Positions 1 through 12,305 of a DNA stretch of 64,000 nt are shown here, in pieces. A program made the position numbers and the translations under genes. The notes beneath the pieces were generated by a model. The model searched no databases and was not told where the DNA came from. It saw only the letters and a list, made by a program, of their open reading frames with translations. The first letter of the stretch is position 1. Every line of letters starts with the position of its first letter. The DNA is from Guillardia theta CCMP2712. Taxonomy: Eukaryota > Protista > Cryptophyta. Where the stretch lies: the NCBI RefSeq assembly GCF_000315625.1, contig NW_005434656.1:758645-822644 (forward strand), given 5' to 3'.

Positions 1-3000
1 ATATCCGAGATGGAGGGCGCTGGACGTGACCATTGCGCCCGACGCAGGTGCCGGAGAAGGAGGAGGGAGGGCAGGAGGAGCGGTAGAGCTCCACCCTTAG
101 AGCCGCCTCGTTCTCCCACGAGACCGGGAAGATGCGGAGGAAGCGAGCGGAGAGAGGAGAAGGGAAGGAAATCAGGCGGACACTGTCTGCGTCCTCGTTG
201 CCTTGGAAGAGGGTCCCCTGCCCTGTCTCCTCGTCTCCTACCAACATCCAGTCGACCCCCGTCGTGCTGCTGCGCACCAAGAACGACTTGACCCAGCCCT
301 CGTTGCTGCCGTTGACGCCCCACCTCCCTCCCTGCAGGCCAACAGCGACCAAACTGTCTTCCAGCTGATGGAGCTCGACCTCGAGATAGGCCTCGGCGTC
401 TTCCAGCTGTGGTCGCCATGCTCCTCTCTCGAAGTTCGCGTCGGGTGCCTGGTAGAGCCGCCCGTAATCGGCTGAGAAGTTCGAGCTGACGCTGCTGCTG
501 GATCGCAGCTGGCGGGATAGGAAGAGGTTCCGGTTGCTGACCCCCAGGGCCTCGGGGCTCCCCCCGTACATGCATCCTCCCTCCTGAGATGCCCTGCTGT
601 ACTTGGACACCTCGTCCTTGCACCAGTCAGAGCAGCTCTTCCAGCCGTCTTGACATGCCGCGGTCCTCTCCACCCCCGAGAAGAAAAACCCGGCCGTCTC
701 TCTCCCTGCTGCGCAGACGTTCAGCTGCATCTCCTCGTCCCACATCCCTCCTCCGTGCTTGTCGCCAAAGTCGTACATCCTCCACAAGTACCTCCCGTAC
801 ACGTCGCCCGCCACTCCTCCTCGCAGACTAGCCTCCTCCCATCCTGCTGCCGTCCAAGATCCTCCCATGACGGTCGTCGGTGAGCGGCTGACGGCCCTGT
901 AGACGGTGATGACGTCACCTCCATCCTGGAAGTTGGAAGACAAGACGCCCTGCTCAAGGTGCTGGACGTAGAGGACCTCTGAGAAAGGATAGTTCCTGCA
1001 GTCCGCTCGGTAGCCTGCAAGGTAGTGAGAGAGAAGAGGGAGGGAACGTGAGAAGGGAAGGCGAGTGAGAGGAAGGAGAAGGTTGAAGAGAAACGCGGAG
1101 GGAAAGGTGAACAGACATTGTGGAGCGAGAAGGGGAGAAGGAGAGGGCGTCGGAGGAAGGGTGAGTTGGCGAGAGAAGGAAGAAGAGAGGAGAGAGGAGA
1201 GAGGAGAGAGGAGAGAGGAGAGAGGAGAGAGGAGAGAGGAGAGAGGAGCGCGGAGAGAGGAGAGCGGAGAGGAGAGAGGAGAGAGGAGAGAGGAGAGAGG
1301 AGAGAGGAGAGAGGAGAGAGGAGAGAAGAGAGAGGAGAGAGGAGAGAGGAGAGAAGAGAAGAGAGAGGAGAGAGGAGAGAGGAGAGGAGAGGAGAGAGGA
1401 GAGGAGAGAGGAGAGAGGAGAGAGAAGAGAGGAGAAAGGAGAGAGGAGAGAGGAGAGGAGGGGCTACCATCAGTCCCGTAAGGGAGTGAGAGGTCGAAAG
1501 CGAACTCGTTCACAAGATCGACACGCTCAGTTGTTGTGAAGCACATCAGCCATCCCCCTCCCATGGTCTGCATGTCGCAGTAGCCGACGTGCTCCTTGGT
1601 GTGGTTGACGAAGCCGTCTTCATTCTGCGGCAGCAGCCAGTAGAGGCCCGACTGGTTATATCCTCTCTCCAGCAGCTCCAGGCAGGATGAAGCTGCAGGA
1701 TCAAGTGAGGAAGGGGCGAGGTATAGGAGGAGAATGGAGGAGGGAGGGAGAGAGGGAAGAGGAAGAGGAGGGGGAGGAGGGAGAGGAGGAAAAGGGAGGA
1801 GGGAGAGGAGGAGGGAGAGAAGGGAGAGGAGAGGAGGCGGGCAGGAGAGTCAAAGAGGCAAACACGGAGAAGAAATTGAGGAGGGGGAGAGGACGGACAC
1901 AAGAGAGGAGCAGGCCGGAGGGCTGGGAGGACGAGGGATGGACAGCAGACAAGGCTGATACAAACTGCCGTCCAGGAACCAACCAGGAGCGTGATCGATG
2001 GAGTTGATGACCGAATGGCTCCAGACGTATCCTACTTGACTGGTCGTCTGTGACACCTTGAAGACCTGGAGGGAGAAAGTCAGGAAGCAGCAACCATGGC
2101 TTCGGCTGTTGGACTCACTGAAACGCTTCCAGCTCGTGCTCCCTTGGCAAACCTGTCGGCCGAGTCCACCTCGCTCCCTCCAGGGGCTCCGAGGAGGAGG
2201 AAGTCGCCGTCGAAGGAGAGCGAGTGGCCGACTCTGGCGTTTGAGCATGCGAAGATATCCTGGACCTCTCGCCTCTGCACCAGGTGAAGCGATAATGGCG
2301 AGGAGGAGGACGAGGAGGAGTTAGGAACGAACAGGAAGGCACTGCCCTGGGTCCTCCTCCTCAGTCTCCCGTCCTGCTCCATGAAATCATCTGGCCATCG
2401 CGCCGGGGCCGTTCTCCCTGGCGCGCTGACGGCAGCGTAACCGAGGGGATTGAGGGAGACGGCAAAGCCAAACATCTCTGCAGACAAGTCAGTATCCTCC
2501 TCCTCCTCCTCCTCCTCCTCCTCCTCCTCTCCCTCTCTCTCCTCTCTCGTCCCCTCCATCTCTTCCTCATCCTCCCCATCATCCTCCTCCCTCTTTTCCT
2601 CTCTCTTCCTCTTCTCTTCTCCTCTTCTCTTCTCCTCTTCTCTCCTCCTCTCCTCCTACAACGATCCAGGTCAGCTCACCGCTGGAGCTGTTCGACGTCA
2701 CGTCTGGCAGGACCCGCTGGTACTCGTACAAGTTCCCCTCCGCACTCTCCGCGAAAGTCAGCACAGCGCCAGAGTCCAGCGTCCTCCTCTCGTTCTCGGC
2801 CCGGAAGTTGGTCCAGCCAGGGGACCCGACGGCGAGCAGCTGCTCGTTGACATACAGGGAGAAGCCGAACCGAGCACCTGACCCTCCGCTGCTGTCGACA
2901 AGAACTTGCCGCAGCCCCCAGGACCCAGTGAGCCCGGAGGAGGAGGAGGAGGAGGAGGAGGGGAAGTATCTCCTGGGGGAGAAGGAGAAAGCCCTCCCCA

Positions 3001-6000
3001 GAGATGGAGCAAACTTGTCGAAGACGTACACAGCTCCGATCCTCCCAGCAACGATCCCACCTCCGACCCCAGCTCCCGGCGACCCCACGAAGATCCTGTT
3101 GCCGAACACAGCAACGGCCTCCCCGAACCGGCCGCCGGGGGTCGCCAGGAGGTTCTCAATGGTCAAGTGCCGGCAGAGGAAGGTGGTCGAGCCGCAGGTC
3201 AGGGAGGCAGGAGGAAACTGCTCGGCAGTGAGGGGGGGGTGAAGGAGGCGGGTCTGGACAAATTCATCTCCTACCCTCTCCCAAACCCCGACCAGCCCGA
3301 CTCGACCCTGGTCGGAGATGCTTGCTCCTGGGGCTCCGACGACTAGGAGGGAGGAGTTGGTGGTGGCATGCAGGGCGACCGACCAGCCGTAGCCGTCGCC
3401 CTCGCAATGGCGGTAGCAGTAGGAAGGGATCAACGTCTGCACGAGCTGCGGGCCGGAGGAGGGGGAGAACATCTCGTACAGGAAAACAGCGCCGCTGCCA
3501 CGCTGCATCGGTGGAGAAGGGAATCAGATGCTAGGAGAGCAGAGCAGAGAAGAGAAGAGCAGAGAAGAGCAGAGCAGAGCAGAGCAGAGCAGAGCAGAGC
3601 AGAGCAGAGCAGAGCAGAGAAGGAGAGGAGAAGGAGGAAACATACTGCCCCTCCTCCTCTCTCCTCGCCGCACCGTCCTCCTCTCATTCACTCCTCCTCA
3701 ACACCTGCAACGAGCTGGGAGTGGCGCCAGGGGCTCCGACGGCGAGGAGATGCCTGCTCCTGGTGCAGATCTGATGCTAGGTCAGGCGAGGCAGAGAGGC
3801 AAGCATGCTCAGCATACCACTCCCTCCTCCAGGAAGATCAGCGACAACGATCTCCCAAAGTCAATCTCGTACGCACACGTCACGTCCGAGAAACCCTCCT
3901 CCGTCTCGTTGACAGAGCACAACCCCCATGATGGAGGAAGCAGCGTCCCTCCCTCCACCAGCCTCAACTGCAGCTCCTCCTTCCAGCGGGTCTGGAAGAC
4001 AACGAACGCGCAACCGGAGCCAAACCTGATCATCTTCAGTTTGTTGTCTCATCCTCCCTCCTCTGCCCCTGCCTCTGCCTTCCCCTCTCCTCCCTCTCCC
4101 TCTCTTCAACCCCCCCCCCTCTCCTCCCATTCACAATTCTCGTTCCTTCTCCGCCTCTCCCATTCCTTCCTGACTCTCTTGCCCCCCTCGCTCCCGCCTT
4201 CGCGTCCTCACCTATCCACTGACGCTGAAGGAGCTCCTACCACAGCGATCGTGTCCACAGGCGATCCCACGACGCTGCTACCCAGCTGAGAGCCAGCAGG
4301 GAGAGGAGGAGGAAACATCTGCATGTTCAAGAAAGTAGCGTCTACGGATCCCAGCTCTATCCCCTCAGTCCACAAGTAAATCCTTGCTTCCTGGCACCCG
4401 CCCTAGTCTTCAGAGCCTTGCGACGACAAGAAAAGTCACCTGAGACTGCGGGGAGTAGGATGAGATGGCATGTTGGCCGCCATGCAATCGGCAAGAGGCA
4501 ACCCCATCGCTCGTGTCGTTCAGGTAGGGAACGTTGTAAATCGCTTCCATCGCAAAACTGCAAGTTCATCTTTGATCAGCAACACCACAACAATGTATAA
4601 CCTCTTCTGCTAACACTGCCTCCTCCCTCTCTCTGAACTTTTGCGCTTCTCTCCTGTCCTCTACTCTACTCTACTCTACTCTACTCTTCACTCCTCTTCT
4701 CCTCTCCTCTCTTCTCTTCTCTTCTCTTCTCTTCTCTTCTCTTCTCTTCTCTTCTCTCCCCTCCCATTACCTGTAGGGTCCCTCACTGTCACGGACGAAC
4801 AGATAGGCTTGCGAGTGCTCCCAGTCGACCAAACCAAGTTCGGCTGCTCGTAGACAAATCGAAGTCCTCAACAACGACTGAGAGGGACAGTCAGGGCAGG
4901 CTCTGGAGCCGATTCAGATCACATTGCAGGCAGCGCACGTCAACTTCTTGGCAAGCGACCAGCCAGTGAAGTTGTTGTCCTCCTTGTCGGCATCCTCAAG
5001 ACTCTTGTGGAAGATGAAAACAGATCCACGTCCTTCATCGCAGTTCGAGCACATCACGGCCAGGTAGCCATAACTCAAGGCAACCTGTAAGGAATCACTC
5101 GTTGCATGCGAGAAATCTCATCGCTATCACCTGCTCCCCGAACTTGTCTCCCACCACGGCCTCGCTGTTCCCATAGACGTCCACCGCTTGCAGCCTCCGC
5201 GTGATCGCCCAGTCGTCTCCTTCCCTTGTTGGCCTTTCTACCAGCACCAGCTAACAGCAAGAGGTAAGAAGGAGGAGGAGGAGGAGGATTGCAGAGAATC
5301 CCGACCGAGCCGGCGGTAGTTCCGTTGCCAGGGCACCCGATTGCCACCAGCTCGTCCGAAAAGGAGTAGAAGAGCTCTTCATCTACCGCAAGGGACCGTC
5401 CACAGCCTTCTCCTGCCACGTCATCGAAGAGGAAAGTTTGACTGGCCTCCGATCCTCTCGTGGCAAACGGGAAGAACTTGACCAAGGTCGAGTTCGCGTC
5501 GCCTACATAGGAGTAGGACACGATGAGGACTCTGGCTCCGAACGCCACGTCCATGGGGAGGATGTCAAGGCTTTCGTTGGGGTAGCTCACTTGAAAATGC
5601 TTCAACTTCCCCCAGCCATCCTTGACGAAACTGCCGTTGGCTGGCAGGTACAAGAAATAACATCAACACTTGAGAGCTGTTACAAGATCTTGGAGCTTGT
5701 ACCTCCCACATGATTCCCGTAGAGGTAGATCGATCTTCCAACACAGACGGCAAGGTATCCTCGTGAGAGCCTCAGCTTCGGCGCGAGACTCTCGTTCCCT
5801 CCTCCTTGTTCCGGAAGGTCAAAGTTTGCAACCTCTCCTGCAACGCCCTCAGATATCTCACGCGGCAAATCGGAGCAGGAAGGCAACGAACAATCACCCC
5901 AATCTCCTTCCTTTCTCCTGGACCAGATGGACACTGAGAGGTTCGAGACAAACGCGAGAGCGTCCGGCCCCACATCCATGTCGAACGAGCCGCTGCCATT

Positions 6001-6154
6001 GACGAGGATCCTCAAGTCAGGCTGAGAGCAGGGAGACGTCAGCGTGGCAGGAAGGCGCTCAGAGCAAGGTTCTCACCTCGAGCCTCGGAGTCTCCTGCCA
6101 ACTTCCTCCCTCGGCCGCAACCAACAGCAAGATCCATACCCTCCATGCCGCCAT
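1..6154 (-). CDS. Large secreted multi-exon protein: signal peptide + FG-GAP (integrin-alpha-like propeller) repeats + fibrinogen-like YCDxxxxGGGW module + F5/8 type C (discoidin) domain; 3' end runs off the window
   Basis: ATG at 6154 gives [21 protein letters not shown] repeats: [68 protein letters not shown]. Exon 1692-1468 reads [35 protein letters not shown]. The exon from ~1014 is open to base 1 and includes [49 protein letters not shown]. Confidence 0.85.
1184..1460. repeat. (GAGAGGA)n 7-mer tandem repeat in an intron
   Basis: Visible tandem array; source of the spurious LSSLLSP and ERREERG ORFs. Confidence 0.95.
3536..3618. repeat. (AGAGC)n microsatellite in an intron
   Basis: Visible tandem array. 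Confidence 0.9.
4660..4757. repeat. (CTACT)n/(CTTCT)n microsatellite in an intron
   Basis: Visible tandem array. Confidence 0.85.
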
Positions 6155-6836
6155 CGCCCTGCCCCGATAGTCCGTTGAAAGGTAAGAAAAAAAAGGTCAA
6201 ATCAAGCTTCGTCAAATAAAGAGAAATCTCAGTCCGAGCCGGGCTCTCCGACTCAGTGACTCGCTGCTACTGGCGTGACTGAGCTAGGCTAGCGGCCGCG
6301 TGACTAGTTAGACCCGGGCCGTCCGATCAAACCCCCCTGGGCCGCGCCTACCCGTAGCCTCAGTGGTGCTGTCAAGGGCGCGCGGCCGGCGAGTCTGCCA
6401 GGCTGAGTCGGGTCAGGTACGGTACTCGGCAGACGGACTCAGTCCCCGGCCCCGGAGATTCAGACTATTGCCCGTCTCAGTGCTCACTGACTTAGATCTG
6501 ACGGTTGGCTTGATCGTATCATAATGTTCCGTTCATGTTGCAAGGCCTAGCTGCAGCTAGTGCGGCGACCTCGCTGGTTGAAGTTCGTCGCTGTCAAACT
6601 TCGGGAAGGTTTATTAGAGCGGCGGGCCACACGGACTCGACTGAGGTTGCCGCTGTCAAGTTGAATCAATAGTAACTTGCGACAGACCCGGAACTAATCT
6701 AATCATGTATTGAACTATTTACAACCACTCGTGCGCCCCCTTTATAGTCGACGTCCTTCACCCCGGAGAGCTGCGTATGATTGATGGATCTGACTTAACC
6801 TGGAGCAAGATCAGCGCCTGAGAGAACGAGAGGGAT

Positions 6837-9800
6837 TCAACGAAGATACTTGTGTGTGATGGAGGAAGAGGAGCCGACGTCGACACCAGGAGTGAGAGGG
6901 TCGAAACTTCTGATTGCCTCGCTCTGAGCCAACCGCATTGGAGGGCGATACGAAGACATTCTAGAAGCGTTCGGATCCAGTCCAAAGAGCACGGTTTGTT
7001 CAGAGGAAGCAGCAAGACTGTCCGCATGCAGAAACGCTTGACCCCCAATGCTGCCGCTCCTGTCATTGACACCCGCAGTCCAGCGCTGGTTCTTCATTGT
7101 GTGAATCGGACGCTTCGGGGTCAGCTGGGGAGGAGGGCTTGGAAGGAACGGCTTGCTGGGCTGATGCTTCAGGGGAGGCGGCGAGTTTGCGCTAGCCATC
7201 GAGTTCCAGTCCTGCAGAGAGTTCCGTAGGGCTTCAGCTGCGTACCGAGGAGTCTCGTTGAGGTCGTCCAGGCTTCCAGCAGAGCGAGTCTCGACGTTGA
7301 TGTCTTGCCCTCTCCTTGCTGACGTGTCGGCGCGAGAGTACAAGAGAGTCTGATCGCCGGCAGCGTCAAAGTGCGAGTGATGGAGCGATGAAGAAGTGTC
7401 CACCCTCCCGTGGCTGCCGTGCGCCTGTCTCCCTGCCTGAGGATGGAGAACGTCGTACTTGAGGTGAGAAGAAGACTGAGTGGAGTAGTTCATCGAGGTC
7501 GTTTCCATCCCCATCACGTCCCTCGAGGAGACTTGCAGGCTGTCTGAAGGGTCCCTCTTAGCGCTGCCAGCATGGCCCAATCTATACATCTCGTGATGGT
7601 GAGAGTCGTTGGCCCGGTGACTTGAGGAGATGGCGGGAGAGTGCGTGGTTGAGCTCATGGAAGTGTTCTCGTACGATGTCGAGAGAGGGCGGTCGAAGTC
7701 CTGCACAACTTCGTTCACATGATGAAGATGATTAGAACGACCGTTCACCTCTGGCAGCGGAAGCTGTGCCTGGCGGTGAAACGGAACGCTGGAGGCGAAA
7801 CTGGGCCGATCCATGGAGGACAACTCCTGCGGAAGGATGAGTCACTTGCCCGGCAGGGGAGGGGAGGAGGACGATTGTAAGGAGACGAGGAGACAACCTG
7901 TATCTTTGCATCTCTAAGACGTATCTCGCGGGCCGCATGATCAACGGATTGTTTCAGAGAGTCGATTTGACCTCGCAGATTTCTGACTTCCGTTTCATGC
8001 TCGCCTTTGATCCTGCCTATGGTTGCGGACGAGAGCTGGAAGGAGTGAGTGAGTTTGGTTGGCTGCTTTCTTGATCTCCTTTACCTCTGCTTCCATGTTC
8101 CGACTGTTATCGACAGCTGACTTCAAGGCTTCGACCTCTGCCTTTGCAGAGGAGAGCTCGAGATTGAGGTTGGATACCGCCTCGACCAGGTTTCGTTTGT
8201 CTCCTTCATAGTCTTGAATAAGTTTTCTACGGAGACCATCAGAACTCGCCATGCCAAGAGACGGTTGAAACAGAGACTAGGCAGCCAGAGAGAGAGGAAA
8301 GAGAGCAGTGATCCAGGGAGACAATGAAGGAGCACGAAGGGAGGGAGGGAGGGAGGGAGGGAGGGAGGGAGGAACTTGGAGGTTGCGATGAAGAGGGAGG
8401 GAGGGAGAGGAAGAGGAAGAGGAAGAGGAACCGAGGGAGAGGGGGAGGGGGAAGGGGAGGGAGGGAGGGGGAGGGAGAGGGAGAGGGAGAGGGAGAGAAA
8501 GAGGGAGGGAGAGGAAGAGGGAGGAAGGGGGAGGACCTCATCTCCTGGCTGCATCTCTGATGAGTCTCCTCCACTAGCCGAAGTCGATCCACTTCATTCT
8601 CAGTCTGGGCAGCTCGAGCTTTGACGTCTCTCAGCGCGTCAAGAAGCTCTTCCTGCACCGCTTTACTCTCCGCGTAGAGATCATCCTTGTGGGACAACAT
8701 TTGCAGAACTTTGCTAATTTGAACAGGTCAAGGTTGAACCTCGACGTGCAAGGTTTCCATACCTCAGCTCTGTCTCGAGATATTTGCACTGCTCTCTCAG
8801 TTTGTTTTTCTCCGCTGAATCAGCTTCGAGACGGGGCAATCTTTCTCTCATCGAGTCCATTTGGCATTTCATCTCTTCCAAAAAGGCTCAGATGGACAAC
8901 CTGTATCTATGATGGATTCTTACCCTTGGTAAGTCTCGTGATCCTTGACATTTGATTGGATAGAGTGTTGACTATTGCCTCTGCTGTGACGTAGAAAGAT
9001 TCGAGCATGACATTGTCATTGTCGATGAAGTCGATATGATCCAACAACTGAGCTCCATCGTCATGACAGGAAGCTTCTTGTTTCATGTAACTTACCGCAG
9101 TCTTTTCATTCTCGAGCCTTGCGATCGCCTGTGCACGCAAGGTCAGGGCATGAAAGATGTGGACATGACGAATCACCTGTCTCAACTTCAGGTACTCCTC
9201 TGATTGTGATTGAATATCTGATAACTCTTGATTCCTCGCTTGTTCTTCCAGCTTTTGAGTCAGAAGCTCCTTTTCCTTCTGGAGACCTGAGATATGATCA
9301 ACACAGGTAGAACAGTTCAGGACGCGCATACCTCTTATCGTGTCCTTCTGCTTCATGACTTCCTCCAACACACCTCCCTGAGAATCTCCTTGAAGACCAA
9401 GCTGCTTGCGAGTGTTCAGACAAGAGGAAGACACGGGGTAGCTCCCTACCTCATGTGCTTTGATATTGAGAGCATTCTTCAATGACTGCAGGATTCCAGA
9501 TCATGACAACAGAAGAGCGATAGAGGAGGTCGCAGCTACCTTGTTGTATGCTGCTTCTTCATCTGCCGCATTCTTCACGTCATTGTACTTTGCAAATAAT
9601 TCGTCATACTCCTTCTCTTTCACCGAAAATTTGTTCTGTAGAAGACAAGAATGTCAGATGAGATCGCAGTTCGAGCGTGGGTCTATGTCACCTGCAAACT
9701 CTTCAATGCCTTTGCCAAAGTCGCAAGAGCTTCTCTGTTGGATCCCTGCTGCGAAGGCTCGCTGGTCCCAGCAGCTTTCGATTCTTGCAGGGCCTTCTGC

Positions 9801-10301
9801 AGCACAGAGACTTGCCTCTCCGCAGCCATCAGTTCCTTCTCTCTCGCTTCCAGAGTTTTCCTCAAGTTCTTCTTCTCATTCAACGAGCTCTCGAGTTTTC
9901 TGTTGACTTGCTTGTACTCTTTCGAGATGGTTATCATTTGCTTCAACACATCCTATAAGCACAAGGCCAAACGTCAACACACATTCGACGCAAAACACAA
10001 TCCTCACATTGTGCTCTTTGAAGCTCAAGTTCCCATCCCTTGCAAAATGGTCCTTCGTTATAGAAGGACTCACGCACGACATCGAGCTGTTCTTGCTGCT
10101 CTTATTGAGGGCATTGGAGCCGCGAGAGATGTCGGCTGACGCTACCTGCTCCCTGAGTTCCAGGATCTCCCTTGCCTGCTCCCTGATCTTATCAGACAGG
10201 GCTTGATACAGGGCCTCGTGGTCTCCGTGTTGCGGCTCTTTAGGGGAATTTGAGCTGAGAGAGCCATCGTGAAACGAGATGTCCGGCCTCGAACGCTCCA
10301 T
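6837..10301 (-). CDS. Long coiled-coil protein with a low-complexity Ser/His-rich C-terminus (hypothetical, possibly centrosomal/cytoskeletal)
   Basis: A series of minus-strand E/K/Q/L-rich heptad exons separated by short GT-AG introns (KIREQAREILELREQV, KLESSLNEKKNLRKTLEAREKELM, LQKEKELLTQKLEEQ, DKRNLVEAVSNLNLEL). The start is uncertain. Confidence 0.7.
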
Positions 10302-10821
10302 GGCTGTGCAAGATATCGAAGAATATTCCTACTGTGAATGTATCTCGCTTCGTGCTTTATTCCACTGCGGGCAGTGCAGAAAACTCCAGTGCAACCGAGT
10401 CAATCTCGACATTAAATACAATCTTCTTTCCGATGAGTACCATTTAGTAGACTGCTGGAACTGCCCTGCTCCCGTTTCCAACAAGCAAGGTGTGTTTGCT
10501 AACGAGACATTGAAATCTTTCAGGCATCATCGATCATCTTGAAGTTTTGTCATCTCCATACTCCCTGGCTCTTGTCTTTTCCTGCCTTCATCGTCTCCTC
10601 CTCCATTCCCCATACTAACATCTACCATCCCGCCATTGCCCGTACCCAATACACGAGTACCCCCCACCACCCCAAAGGTTGGTAAGATTGACCGGTACAA
10701 GTCCTCTTTTAGCGAAAACTCACCGCTCGCCTCAGAATATATATTGAAAAATGAAGAAGACAGCAAAATTCTAATACACATCTCGTAGCAACAAGGAGTT
10801 GAAAACAAGTTGTGGTCAAGC

Positions 10822-12067
10822 ATGGGGGGCGAAACATGGTGGATCGGCGCGGTAGTGGTGGCTGCGATTGCAGTGTCGTTGATGAGGTGAGCAAGGAGAG
10901 AAGAGGGAAATACGTATAATGGTATGAGATGATGAGATGCTCATGGAGGTGATGATGGTAGATGTTGAAGATGTGGGTGCTGCAAGGTTGTTGCTTCTTC
11001 TCACCCGTTTTGTTACATTTGACGGCGGCACTGATGTAGAAGCCCTTTGATGAACGCACAAGAGTCTTAACACTTTCATTGTAATCTTGTTCTTGTTGAT
11101 GTTTTCAGCGCAAAAAAGATGGTTTAATGATTGTATGTCCTTTGACATGGATCGCAGGACAATTCAAAAAAGTAAAGCGAGAGACAAATTTGCAAGACCT
11201 TTCAAGGAGGAAGGAGACGTTTTGCTTGTGATAGCTCATCCTGACGACGAAGCAATGTTCTTCACTCCGACAATCCTTGCATTGAGAGATAGCGTGAACG
11301 TACATGTGATGAGCTTGTCGAACGGTGATTACGCGGGATTGGGTTGGGTACGAGCGAGCGAGCTCGTTGAGAGCTGTCGTCTGCTGGGGATCCCAAAAGA
11401 ACGTGTGAGCGTAGTGGACGATCCGTCCTTGCAGGTTTCCTTCCTCTTCTCTGTGTAGGTAAGAAGCTGAACCGTGGACGAAGGATGGGCCCACCAATAC
11501 GTGGAGCCCGGACACCATATCCTTGTATATACTGCCGTACCTGAAGAAGAATGGTATCAGCACAGTCATCACCTTTGATGAATATGGTGTATCAGGTCAG
11601 AGGAAGCTAGTTGGACTCTGTGCCGCTAATCCATCGCGCAGGACATCCCAATCATATAGCAGTTCACACTGCCTTGGTGAAGCTCGTCCAGAACAAGCGG
11701 ATTGAAAAAGGAAAGGCATGGAAGCTACAGAGTGTCAACCTGTATGTCCGCAAGAGATAGAAGGCTTGTGGACTTTTCTCACTTCCATATCCTTCAGGCT
11801 TCGCAAGTATATTGGTCCACTTGCAGCGTTAGAAAGTGATGTTCGAGAGCTGCTAAGAATGGACTCCCCGACGTCGCAGACAGTCTTCTTCTTCGATCTC
11901 GGAGCAGTCTGGAAATGTCTGAAGGTAAACCTGGTGGGGATGGACGTGCCTTTCATCACAGTACCCATTCGCAGGCTCACAACAGCCAGTGCGAGTGGTT
12001 TCGCCATCTTTTCATCGTCTTTGGAAGATACTCCTACATGAACACATTAGATCTGATCGACGGCTGA
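10822..12067 (+). CDS. PIGL: N-acetylglucosaminyl-phosphatidylinositol de-N-acetylase (PIG-L/GPI12)
   Basis: N-terminal anchor MGGETWWIGAVVVAAIAVSLM, spliced (10887-11157) to VLLVIAHPDDEAMFFTPTI. Later motifs: TFDEYGVSG/HPNH, LRKYIG, AHNSQCEWFRHLFIVFGRYSYMNTL. TGA at 12065-12067. Confidence 0.95.
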
Positions 12068-12305
12068 GGTTTTTGATCACCTCACTCTCATGCCATGAAT
12101 GAACTTGTAATATGCTTGATCGACTTGCTTTCAGACATCAGAACGTGTCGTAGAGCCAAGTTTGTAGTCAGCTGAGACAATCCTGAGGTGAGCTCAAATT
12201 CACAAGCTCCCCTCAGAGTTGCACACTTGGACGAAAACCCCTCCCTCCTTCCTCCTCACTACCTCCCTGCTCTTCTCCTTTGATCAGACCAACTTGGTCG
12301 TTACG

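Noticed and set aside
721-2007. Long ORFs of LSSLLSP / ERREERG repeats
   Set aside because: Translations of intronic GA/TC microsatellites
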